Assembly: GCA_050084515.1 (NCBI GenBank)
Contig: CM114271.1
Location: forward strand, 25,234,001-25,298,000
From: Blasia pusilla
Taxonomy: Eukaryota
DNA length: 64,000 nt
Direction: 5' to 3'
The position numbers and the translations under genes are program-made. Shown here in pieces: positions 25,680 to 41,835 of the stretch. The notes below the pieces were generated by a model. That model was not told the DNA's origin and did no database searches. It saw only the letters and a list, made by a program, of their open reading frames with translations. Position 1 is the first letter of the stretch. Each line of letters opens with the position of its first letter.

Positions 25680-28600
25680 TCGACCTTGCAAGCAACTTTC
25701 GTACTCCACTCCAACATGATCCATTCGTTCTGTGAAATTGGAGACCACGATGGTGCCTTGAAGGTGGAGTATCTGCATGCTTAACTCCATAGAATTTTTT
25801 GAGCTACACGGGTGAGTTGCTTTCTTTCCTTTGTCTTGTGTCAATCTCATAGTTGCACGCCTTACAGTCATATCTCACGTGTCTTACAGCCAACTCTGTA
25901 CAATGAAGCAAGTCATTAGTTATATTTTACTTACCACACAATGTCTCTTTTGCAGATTTTTAGATTCATAAAAGCTGAAGGAGAGTGTCAAGAGTACAAA
26001 ATAAAAAGAAGGGCCACGGTAGATCAGATTTTACTATGTTGAATGAAAGTCCAATCCTTTCCTTCAATGTGCAAACACATGTAAAGCTCTGTGAGCACTG
26101 AGCAAACTGGTTGTGTAACCCTACTCACACTTAGGAAGTTATATAGAGCATAAAGTATAGAGTTGCGAATTGGATTGCACCAAGTAGTTTGAGGTGTCAT
26201 AGCAGAAAGCAAGAAAGTTCATGATGGCATAGCATTTAGTAGTATGAAGTCTCAAAGCAGCACACCACTGCATGTATGTCTGCAAAATTTACACTCTAAT
26301 CCAAACATGCAAATCCACGCAACTACCTTTTCGCAATTTGAATACTATTTGGATGCGACAACATATTGACAATGGCAAGACTATAAATACTAAACTTGCA
26401 AAGACCCTCAAGTGGCTATTAAACCTTACATTCAATAAGATTCGGTGGCGATGAAACCGTAGCTATCATCCACAACTCCACGATCTCATCTTTAATGGTA
26501 AAACGGCCACTTAAGGGTTAAGTGGGAAAATGGCTACTTAAGGTTAGTGGGAGAATGGCTAGTGCAAAAGCAATATACGCGTATAATAATTAAAATCCCA
26601 AGATCCGATCAACGGAAAATGTATTTGCAAATGACACTATCGTAGAGTTGGCTTCTGTTTGGGGATACGTGTCATGAGGTGGGCATCTTTTGAGGCACAC
26701 GTGTCATGCCGCAGAGCCCCCCTGCCTTAGAGCCCATCATCTTTTAATAAACACGTGCACATTTTTTCCTCCTAAAATGTGTAGTGTTTAACGGGTGACT
26801 TAACGGGTGATTTTCCCTTCCACCCATGAATAGCACAAGCACTATTCTAGTTATGATGATAAACACTTCGACCATGGCGGTAAGATAAGATTACCGGGTT
26901 TAAACAAATGTGCGGCTATACATGTGAATAATATGTTCCACTATATTAGTTGGTGCTCGTGGAATTATAATTTTGAATTACCCTTCCTATAATTGATAAC
27001 TAAGGATTCTATTGGCTAAAATGGACATGTGTCAAAATGATAGCTAGGTGATCTCGAAATGAAGAGGCATTCTCCAATAATAATACAAAGGCAAGGTTAC
27101 ATCGCAGATGGCAAGTTAGGTTAGGATATGATACATTGAGGTGTGAAATAGCGAAAAGAATATGTATTGTGGAAATTGAGAACAAGAATATTATGTAAAA
27201 AGTTTTTATTTAAAGTGAAGAAGATCAACAATATTTATTGATAATGTTAGCGAGGTGAACTTTTACAATTTGACGAGTGCATGAATTTGAAACATGTAGC
27301 AGAATTGGTGTAGATGTGGTACATGAGTGGGAAATTTGCTAAAGGATAATGGAGGAAATACAATTTACATCATAAAGTAAAGAGAAACCTATTCAACTCT
27401 ATTTTCAATGTGATGTCCAAAATTTAGTTTCATTGCGTTTTTGCCAATAGTTTTATTCAACTTGGCCCTACCAGTGTGTGACCAAAGTAATTCTTCATGC
27501 TTACATTTCACTAATCCCATGCATGGTAACTACTTATAAGTTTAATGTGTTGTATTTTGTGTGCAAGTTAGGTACCCATCCCACTCTGAAAGTAGCGACT
27601 ATTGCACTCCAGAGAAAATCTTGTCCTGCCCCCACACTATAGATCGAAAAGGAAAACCTACACCAAAGCGCGAGACTAAGAAGCAACATGTTGCAGGTCC
27701 AAGTGAACCAGCTGCATCTGTTCCATTTTCTATTTTATTGCTGCTCTCAGAGATATAGAGAGTATGCAAAAAAAGGTTGTTACGCTTAAGAATCATTACG
27801 AAATTCTTAAGAAAGTAGTACTTTAAGTTGATTAGGACAAGGACCATCAGGTAGAGACTATCATAAATTTGAGTGAGTACTTTGATAACATCTTTGGTGA
27901 TCTTAACCACCTGAAGATATACTGCTCTACTACGTATCCTCACGACAAGGAGCTAGTTGAGTACCCGAATCACATAAGCTCAATATTTCATGTAGTGAAG
28001 TAGTACCACACTACTAGAGCTGTTCCTTATGTTATATTGATGGTTGTTTTCATCAAGTTGCCACCAATGATTTTGCTGTTATCACACTATCGACAACTAT
28101 TTACTAAGTGTCGCATTGCTATTAGTGCCTTTTTTTTCTGCTGTGCTACAATTAGCAACTTCAATTGCTACAATTTGTGTATGTTGACGACTATTAATGT
28201 GCAAAAGTGTTCATGTGCATTTTTCAAGCTTTTGATCCCTTCAAAATACGATCTTCCATATTGGCTTTGTTTTGTATACGCTCTACATGGTTACTACTTA
28301 CAATGAAGTCTTTGTATGGTTGCATTCACACTGGCCTAGAATGGGCCTAAATTACCCTTATAATTTTGGACGTGTACACACACTTACTCAACGTTTAATT
28401 TGTTATCTCCTTGTTTATGCATTATAGTCGTCCATACAATTGAGTTTATGTTTTCATCGAAAATTTCATACTAACCTACTGTTAACATTTACAACCACAG
28501 ATCCGCTATTTATGTGACTTGATCTGAATCCACTTGCCTCTACATGAACTCGTCTAACTTCCATGTGATAAGTAGTCTATTGTTCCATTAATAATCAACT

Positions 28601-30007
28601 TAATGCTTTACTCGACCATGTCCAATTCAAAAAAATTCATTAACATGTATATACATTAGAAAGTGCCATTCACCAAGAAGTGGAAATGCTAATGCATATA
28701 CGTTGTAATCGCTATTATGGCTTCGTTCGTGGAGCCACGCCTAGTCGTACGTCTTAGTTGAGAGTCTCCCTTTTCCAATCCAATACCTTTCACTTCCACC
28801 GGCCACCTCCTTTGGCTGCGCATTGGCTGAGCATTTTGTTTGCATTGTGACTGTGAAGTACAGATTTCTACCATCACGTTACAACGACCTCTTATTGGCA
28901 TTTAGTTGGCATAGTAGCAAGGATTAAATTGTATTCCAGATAATTATTTTTTTACCATCAACTTAATATAATTTTTTTTCATCATGTCTTGCAGCAAAAT
29001 TTACCTTTTGAACACCCATTCACATGATACAATTCATAAACAGTAAACAATATAAAGGTGACGAAACTATAATATACTGCGCGATTATTTGCCATAACTA
29101 AAACATATTCTCCCTCCTCATACTATAATTACAACCAAGTCCCGTCACACATAGCTCGTCCTTCCTAAACATCCGCCAACGGATCGGCACTCAAGGGCCG
29201 CATGATTGTTTGGGAAGGGAGAATGAATTTGAACGGAAGAGGGAAATGATTTCATTAATTCAAATCAATGAATGTTATTTTGGTGGGAGGAGCAAATATT
29301 ATTTAAGCTTTATGGAAGGATAAAATTATTTAAAGGAGTGTGATATTATTTAAATTTCAATTGAGGAGTGGAATTTTATCACTCTTTTAACATTTAAGAA
29401 AGTTGAAAATATATGTAAATTTTGAAATGAATTAAAAAAATCATTTTCGTGCATGCTAACTAGTATATGATTTTAATAGCGCACAAAGACGAGTACCTTT
29501 TAAGTGAAGAAAAAAGAGCGATGGAGAGAACTCACTCCATCCGCTCACGAACGAAGGGAGAAGCGAACCTTCCCACGGGGGTGCCGAGCAAAAGCACGGC
29601 GGAAGGAAGGGGTACCCAACGGGGGACGGACGGCCCCTGAAGCTTCTAGCAGCGCCCACGCCACAGCCACGAACAGCGGCAGCTTTGACACGGACAGCGG
29701 CCGCAGGACTTAACCTCCCTCCCAAGGCAACCCTCGACTACTCACTCCACCTCCCTCCCTAACTAATAAATCGGATGGATCCCTCGCTTTCCCCGTTTAA
29801 GAACCAGTCAAGACCGACCGACGGACGGACGGACGGACGGGCTGAGTGGGTCGTTGTTTGTTGATTAGAGAGGTGCACCTCCAGAAGTCGGCTGTCAGTG
29901 GAGCGCGTGCTCACAAGTCTCCAGGCACTCGACCGCTCTTTGACTCCGTTGTTTCCTGGCTCTGCGCCACTGGTGGTGGGCGAGGCGAGCCCGCTGGTCT
30001 GAAAGAA

Positions 30008-30040
30008 AGGAGAGAGAGAGAGAGAGAGAGGAGAGGAGAG
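30008..30040. repeat. GA microsatellite upstream of CDC48; also (GACG)n at ~29818-29839 and (GGAA)n at ~30296-30325
   Basis: Read directly from the sequence. Confidence 0.85.
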
Positions 30041-30189
30041 CGGTTGACGATCCCCATCGCCGCCTGCTCCTTCTGCCCCGCGTGCGACTGAGAGAGGCCG
30101 GGGCAGTGCCCTGCTCGTTTCTTCTGTGCGTGCAGCTTCTTCAGCAATTCGCAGCGGATCGCTTCTGCCGGGGCGCTCGCTTTCCAGCA

Positions 30190-34448
<4,259 letters not shown>

Positions 34449-36080
34449 CAGTCCTCTAGAACAAAAATGATTCATGGAGATCTATCAAATTTGTAGTTGT
34501 AGCCACCAGCCTAATTGCGGCAAGCAAGATTTGTACAATTGACATACAGTCACGCAGTGGGTAGCAGAGACCACCCATGACATAAAGAGATCGCTCTTTC
34601 GAACCCAGTCCCTTCTGTTCCGAGTGGTCTGTCGTCCTTACATTGCTTTTGTATCGTCATTTCAACATGTCGTCGAGTCGCGCTACATTTGGAGTTTCAC
34701 CATTCCCATCCTCACTCCAAATTTTATGAAAGGCAATGCTTTTGCTCCCAGTCAATCGAATACCGGTGCCAACTCTTTGAACTACGAATCTCAAATTCCC
34801 ATAATGAAGGGTTGATTAAATGGCCACACACCCCGCCAATGGGTCTTGCAAGTCCGCGATTTGTTCATCACCTGGAGTGGTTCGTCGGATTGCAGCAGAT
34901 CTGAGGAACATATCCTTGCATCTCGAACATCTGTTGATCACTTTGGCCTTGCGTTGGGGATTCCTCCGGAAATCGCAAACAAGGTTTGCACCCAACCCGC
35001 GGTTTACGGAATGCAAAAGCGAAATGAGCAAAGGTTGAGAAACTTCTGCAATCAAGGGACTGCATCCTCGGAAGTCAAAGCGTGAGACGAGAATCTGGCT
35101 GGACGCGGAAACTGATGTGTGGGATCGAATGATCATGCTTTCTTGGAAACAGAGCAGGGCTGAGAACTCTGTCGGTGAGGCTAAGTGTGTGAAGCTTGTC
35201 TGGAAAGAGCGCGACAGATAGTTGGGAATGTGTAATGAAGTAATTGCACCTCCATACAGCAGAGCTGGGAAGTAGTGTGTGAAGAAGAGGGTGACGATCA
35301 GGTTAGCGGCAGCGCGGAAAGTGACTGCAGTGTGTGACCAAGTGACAGTGCATCTGAGAAAATACTCCTGGGAAGCCTATGGAGTCTGCCTGCAGGGGGA
35401 ACATGACTAAGAGTTTGGAATGTGCGACGAAGTGATCGAGCATCCAATAAACAGGCCGCGGAAGTCCCGCCTGTCAGGCAAAGCGCAAGATTAGGGTAGC
35501 CGGGTCGCGGAGAGTTAGTGCCATCTATGATCTTCCGCGATTCTTCGAAGTATAGTCAGCCTTCCTTGTCCAGGCAAATTGATTTGTGCAGGCAGCATAC
35601 TAGTATGTTGAAAGTGTGCGACGTTGAGCCTGCCGTCTGGTGTGTGTCTTCTCCATTCACGGCGTTCATTCATTCACAAAGATAACGCATGCTGGAATGG
35701 AAGTGACGAAGACTGTCCGGCGAGATCAAACCCGGGAAGTCTGCCGTGTAGCGGCGCAAGCTCGAGGTAAGACACGGTCGCAATCGATCCGATGGTTGCT
35801 GCAATCATAACCTACGAAAGCCAATCTATTCCTCTTGCCCAAGCATTCAAAACGTGGAGAGAGTCTCTTTTATCCAAATCCTCTGAATCTGGACTCTTCA
35901 CAAATGTATGAGGGTCTCAAGATCATGAAGCTTCTATTGCACCGACGACTTTCAAGTAGTTGGAAGTTTTCAAATCGTGGAGATGAGAAAGCATGTCACA
36001 CTTACATAAATCGTAGTTTGTTTGCGCAGGTGTTGGCCAAGAAGAAGAGAGGACGGAAGCTGTGCGGGGAGACGAGAACA

Positions 36081-39000
36081 ATGAGGCAGCGGATCAGAGA
36101 GGCGGTCGTCTGTATAGCGAAAACCGATTTGAAACATGTCAATGCTCTGCCTATTCTTGAAAGATCACTGCTCCCGATTTTATCATGCGCTTCTGTAGTT
36201 TATCGAGCAGCGTCATTCGTGCGCCGGGTGCTCTACAGCTATGGCTTCTTGAATCCGACTAGGTAAGGGTGCCCTCGCCGCACCGCTCGGAGGTGCATCT
36301 CATCTATACTGCCAGTTTAAAAGAGTTTGAAACTTTTATTTTTCCATGAAGTCATTTTGCAAGAAAGTCTATTTTAGCTCTACAAAAGGTATATGACTAA
36401 AATGTGACAAAATTAGTTGAAAAAGTTTTTGGTATCCTTAGAAGTATATTATATGTCTAAACCCCTAACTTCGATAATAGTATGATTAAAAGTACCGCAC
36501 AAAATTGGGATTAACATTGCTTGGGTGAAAATTGTTTCATGGGCGTGAGAATAAATATTAGCCGGGTAGATCCAAATAAGAAACGACTAATTATGTTGTA
36601 CACAAGTTCAATTTTTTCATAATATGGAAAATATTTTCTCGTATGTATGTTTGATGATACGCATCTTTTACTATGTTTGAATAGTAAAAGATATCGTAAT
36701 AAACCATCCAAGTATTCATCCACGCTTATCACGCTAATTCATCCAACATCCGGAGGGTGAATAGTAATAGATATCGTAATAAATCATCCAAATAATACAT
36801 GACCTTATCTCGCTAATTCATCCAACATTGGAAGTACTCAACATCGAATGTTCATTTTCTCAGTTTCGAGAGGGCAAGTTTTGATTTCTGGTTTTATTTT
36901 TTACTTTTGGGGGAAACGGATGTTTTCTTGAAAATTTGCATTTTTAACCTCTATTGAGATGGTAAAAATAGGACTAGTATGAGTTTCCTAAAGTCTTTGT
37001 TTTTCCTTCATAAATAATTTTGATGAGAAGAAAAAAATTCCAACCGGAAACATTCATGATTTGTTGACGAAGAAGCATTATTAAATAAATAAAAATATAT
37101 ATAGAGACAATTATTTGCTTTTTGATTCGCTAATGCTTTTTGATCTACATATAACAATGGGGCCATGTAAACATGAATAAAATATTTTGATGATAAGGGC
37201 AATCATTTTTTAGTTTCAAAAAACATGATTATTGACTGGCACGTTAGTTTTACATATCTTAGTAATTAACATTGTAAATAATGTTTTTAGATACGACTTT
37301 CATTTGTCTAGATTGAGAATGAATGGTCAACATGTGTTGTTTTCTGATTTCCAAACTATTTTCATGGCACTTGTTTTTTATTGGAGAGAATTTGTTTTTT
37401 TTTCGTATCAAGTCTTTATGAGCACACACAAATTGTTCATAGGCTTTTTTCCAATCAGGGAGAAAATTGGCGCCGGAGATGGTTAAACTTAAAAGTAGAC
37501 AATTGTTATTTGAAGTCATCAATCCGTAGTGAAATATCTACATCCATAAAGACAGCATTTTGTAATGTGCTTTACCAGGAGTCGTGGTAATAGGAAAATC
37601 CATAGCATGGGCAGATCAATAGTTATTTATTGACCCATGACTTTCCTGGGTAACTTCATGCATCGTTTGTACTTTGACTACTAAGAGAAGAATGAAGTCC
37701 AAGAATCTTGTACCAAGAAGTTAAAGCAGTGGTCAGATAATCTGACTAGCTTCATTTTCTTCCAGGATTTGAGGCTAACCTCAACAAATTTTCATGAGTT
37801 TGTTGGTGTGTTTTCCTGCTTTGGATGGATCTCCTCATCATGTAAACGAGCTATGGCTCACACATTCCATGCGATGATTCGCAAAATGCAGTTTGACTGA
37901 TTGCATCTGAACCTGAATTTTTGATTTGATTGGGGCCTAGGACTTTCTCACAGCCGTTGGACTCTTGTGCATGAAGAAAAGAGGACCATTTGGATCTTCA
38001 CTTTGCCGGTCTGGATGTAGTTATCTGCAGGTTGCAAGTGCCTGTGGTGAGTGTCGGAAACATCACATGGGGAGGCAATGGGAAAACTCCGATGGTGGAG
38101 TTTTTATCTGGCTGTTTTCTTGGTGCTGGAGTATCTCCCCTCATTCTCACCAGGGTGAGTGTGTTCAGGATGGGCAGTAGCTGTGCCTGCCATAAGCTGA
38201 TGTGACACTTTTGCTTTATTCTCATTTGGACCACTGCTGATTTCTGCCTGTGCAAAGTTATCTCGTTCGTTCCAAAGGTCTTATTTTGAGACAGAAAGTT
38301 CTGTTGCAAACGCTCTCGTCTGATCCTTCCTATGACAACTGGGCTGTGTTGGTTTCTAGGGTTACGCTGGTGGAGATGAGGCCCAGTTGTTGCAGAGGCA
38401 TTTACAAGGCTCGTCTGCAAAAGTTGGAGTGGGTCCTGATCGAGCCAAAGTTGCACAATCTCTATTACAACAATACGGTATCATGTCCCCACTGCACAGG
38501 AAGGAGAGGGCGGAATTTCTTCAAATTTGGAATGAAAACAAGTTGTCTGATAGTTGGCAGAAAGGAGATGGAAAGGTTGGGGTCGTGATTCTCGATGATG
38601 GTATGCAGGTACTGGTTGTTGATTTGTCTTTCTGGTGGATGTCCTAGCTGACATCTCAATGATTGTGCTACTCCTATTGGTTTCATTTTCTCTGTAGCCA
38701 TCTTCATCTTTTCAGCTCATTAATCTTCAACCCAAAACGTATCTGTTAATGACCAGTACTAATACTTCGATGGTCACTGCTCCAGCACTTGCGGCTGGTG
38801 AGAGATCTAGAAATTGTGATGGTTAATCTTATCACTTTATGGGGAAACCAGAACATGGTTCCCCTTGGCCCTCTAAGAGAATCTTTTCATGGACTAAGGC
38901 GAGCTGATGTAGTAGTTCTACACCATGCAGATCTGGTATGTGGATTGGTGTCTGGATCACAGCAATTTTTTGATTTGATTTTCTGCATGTAGATGGATCT

Positions 39001-40608
39001 TGAGATCTTTTGTCCTTCTCCTAGATCCAGTAGGTAGCGTTTTCGAACTTGATTGACGAATTGATTACTTCACTGTTGACAAGTAGACTTTCAACTTTCT
39101 GCTTACCAGCGAAACCAATGACATATGACAATCTTGACTCAGGATATCTTGTGGAATTCTGGAATGGTTTTGGTGATCAGGTCTCTGAAGAGAGGATTGC
39201 AAGCGTTAGAGATATGCTTGAACAGCTGCTTAGGGATGAATGTGTTGTGATCTGCTCACGCATGATGCCACGCTGTCTCTTCAAAGTACCAGCAGTTGGT
39301 GTTAAGGCATGGAAGACACAAGGAAGACTGGACGATGCCAAGCTACTTGTACCTCTTGAAGCATTACAAGGAACAGTTGTTCTGTGTGTCTCTGGTATAG
39401 GCTGTCCAGAGTCCCTCTCCTTGGTTTGTGAACGGGTATGTGTTCATCTGTAAAACTCATCACTTGAGGTCCTTTCCCAACAGAGCCTTATCGTGTCATG
39501 AGTTTTAGCTGTGACTCATTTCATGTTGAGATGTTCATATCCCTAGTAAGTGTTTCAATCAGCTGGGGTCTTTTCTTTTACAAAATCTTGATTATCTACC
39601 TTGATCATTAGAAGACCCTGACATATGATTAGCGAAAGGTTATTGACTATGGTTATATTTCAGCTTGGCTCCTACTATGTTGAACGAATGGACTATCTTG
39701 ATCACCACAAGTTCCAAAGAAAGGTAATTTTCTCTTTCAATGCTCTTGCAGACAGTGAAATTGTGGTTTCTTGTCTATCATCTGTTGTGGAGATTGGAGT
39801 GGTCAAGTTACATGTTTTGTGGCTTGTTCCAGGATTTACAAGATATCCAGCTGAAGTACGTACAACTTCAGGAGAAGTTCAAAGATAAGACTGTTGTGGT
39901 TGTCCTCACAGAAAAGGTATAAATGATCTTCCCTTGCTGTAACCTGAGAAAGAAATCCTATAAGAGAGCCTGTGGTCATGGAGTGTTGTATATGGAATAG
40001 GCCGTTCATAGTTGCACTCAAACAAAGAGAATGCAGATAATGGCATCAAGAATTCTGTGAATACGCTCTGCATATAATCATGTACTAGTGCAAAACCCAT
40101 GCTCTGCACGGAGTGAAAATTCGACTCCATTTAGTAGTCACAAGTACCTGCTCTAAAAAGGTTTTTTGTTGTCTGTTTTGTTTTGGTTGTGAAAGTAGTT
40201 TTTTGCTGCCCAACTGACATGTGTGAGCCTAGGGGCCATTGACAAAGAAAGAATCTGTACTTGTTAATAGTATCGATTTACGCTTGAACCTTAACAAAGC
40301 GAACAAAGATGAGGGCATAGTTGGGTGGATGCTATATGAAAGGATGTTTATGTTCCAACTTGTGATGATACTGATTGTATTAGTTGTGGATTGGCTTCTC
40401 TCAGGATTACATCAGAGATGTATCAATCTGGAGACAAGTGAAAGGTGCAGAATTGCTTATTCTTCATTCTTCGCTTGGACTTATGTCGACGGGGAAATCC
40501 TTGGAAGTGTTCAAAGGGATGCTTGCTGGTGTAGCTAGCAGTTCTCCGCATGAGTACACTCAGCTAGGTAGGTTCTTTTGGCATCAAGTACTCATCTTCT
40601 ACTCTTGA
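36081..40608 (+). CDS. LPXK: Tetraacyldisaccharide 4'-kinase (lipid A 4'-kinase), 8 exons
   Basis: Exons at about 36081-36262, 38031-38153 (VPVVSVGNITWGGNGKTPMV P-loop, LILTRG), 38360-38608 (GYAGGDE, VGPDR, VVILDDGMQ), 38786-38935 (RDLEIV..PLGPLRE), 39181-39435 (VSGIGCP), 39664-39723 (DHH), 39833-39916 (VLTEK) and 40405-40608 (DY...stop). Confidence 0.92.
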
Positions 40609-40749
40609 TGCGTGTTTGTGAAAATTTAACCATCACATAAATTGTCAATCATTATTTAGAAACCAATTTGGATGAAAGGACCTAGATATCAAATTCACAA
40701 GCATTACTAAACTCCAAGAAATGGTTGGGATAATCTACATTAAAGAAGA

Positions 40750-41517
40750 TGTCGTACGCATACACATCGGTACACAACATACATTGTTGTCACTGAATAT
40801 ACGCATAAATATACACGATCTCATACGAACTCATAAAATATACACAACGAGACGAGAAGTACCAAAATATCTCTAATAAATCAATGAAATCTTTCCATCG
40901 TAACATCAAGGTCTCACATCAAGCTCTCCATGGTGTGCATTTTTTATTATGTCATACCAAACCGAGTCTCCTAATGAGAGGTTTGGGTTAGATACACCAG
41001 GCAAGGAAGACCATAGTTCTCCGTCTCATGAGAAGAGGTTCAACAAAAAGAGAAAGAGCTTTTTAAACTTTCTCTCTTGGAGATATATCCCCTTCATTCT
41101 CCCAAACTCTCTTCTCGGTAACCTATGCTTGAAGGTCACCTCCTTGGCTCTAGAGTTGCTGTAATGGATCAAGGGTCATTTTCGAATTGGAAAGTCAATC
41201 ACCAAATACGATAATTTACCCTAAATAGTAAGTTTCTCAATATGACTCCAAGTGGGCCGAAACGAAAGAGAAACATGCTCTCGCAGTTTACCTGTGGCCC
41301 CAACAGGTCATCCTCAACCTTTTAAGGCTGTCCTTCAATATCTCAGAAGACACTCTACTAAGTATCATCGATCTATTCTAAACGACGGATAATTGTCGCG
41401 CGTATATACATTGCTATAAAATATACATCGTTGTTATCGAACATACACACAAACATGTACGATCCCATGCTAACTCATGAAATTCACATGACGAGACGAG
41501 AAGTACCAAAATATCTA
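40750..41517. repeat. LTR-like segment (TGTCG...~GTGACA, ~640 bp) followed by a ~125-bp partial second copy; candidate 3' LTR of the DNMT-bearing element
   Basis: 40750-40873 directly repeats at 41394-41516. 41000-41391 is a diverged direct repeat of 57080-57474, which ends GACGTGACA. A purine run AGGGGG lies on the minus strand at ~41522-41528. Confidence 0.55.
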
Positions 41518-41698
41518 ATCGCCCCCTAGTTGGTGGGTAGGTCCCTATAACTCGAGATAGCCATCTATCCCTACCTACCATGACATACATCTCTCGAACG
41601 CTAAGTTCAAAAAGGCCAGATGCTCATGCGGCTCCATCGTTAGTCACCTTCTTGTTATCCATGTCACATATACAAGTCAGAATCTAGAACTATCTATT

Positions 41699-41835
41699 CT
41701 ATTTACATCTGAGAGACATCCATCGTCCTCGAGGAACTCTAGTGAGAGGTACTGCTATATGCCATTCTCTCGAACATCCATCATAGATTAGCATCGTGAC
41801 TGCACCACGCGCGAAACCACACAATATACATCGCA
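41699..41835 (-). pseudogene. Degenerate PHD finger at the integrase C-terminus
   Basis: CILCGFARGAVTMLIYDGCSREWHI-AVPLTRVPRGRWMSLRCK fits the PHD pattern CxxC..(L)CDxC...H..(C)..PL..VP.G.W.C..C. Two Cys are substituted and the Cys after the His is deleted. Confidence 0.75.

Noticed and set aside
25680-29460. AT-rich intergenic region with small hairpins (ccacttaa-ggg-ttaagtgg at ~26507) and short ORFs
   Set aside because: No recognisable transposase or gene motif, and the hairpins are too short to interpret.
34816-35400. 106-aa minus-strand ORF and a splice-acceptor-like site between CDC48 and LPXK
   Set aside because: No recognisable homology and no supportable gene model without expression data.
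35835-36080. Upstream in-frame extension of the LPXK exon 1 ORF
   Set aside because: The track start is a non-ATG codon and LpxK-like sequence begins near ATG 36081. An upstream in-frame ATG cannot be fully excluded.
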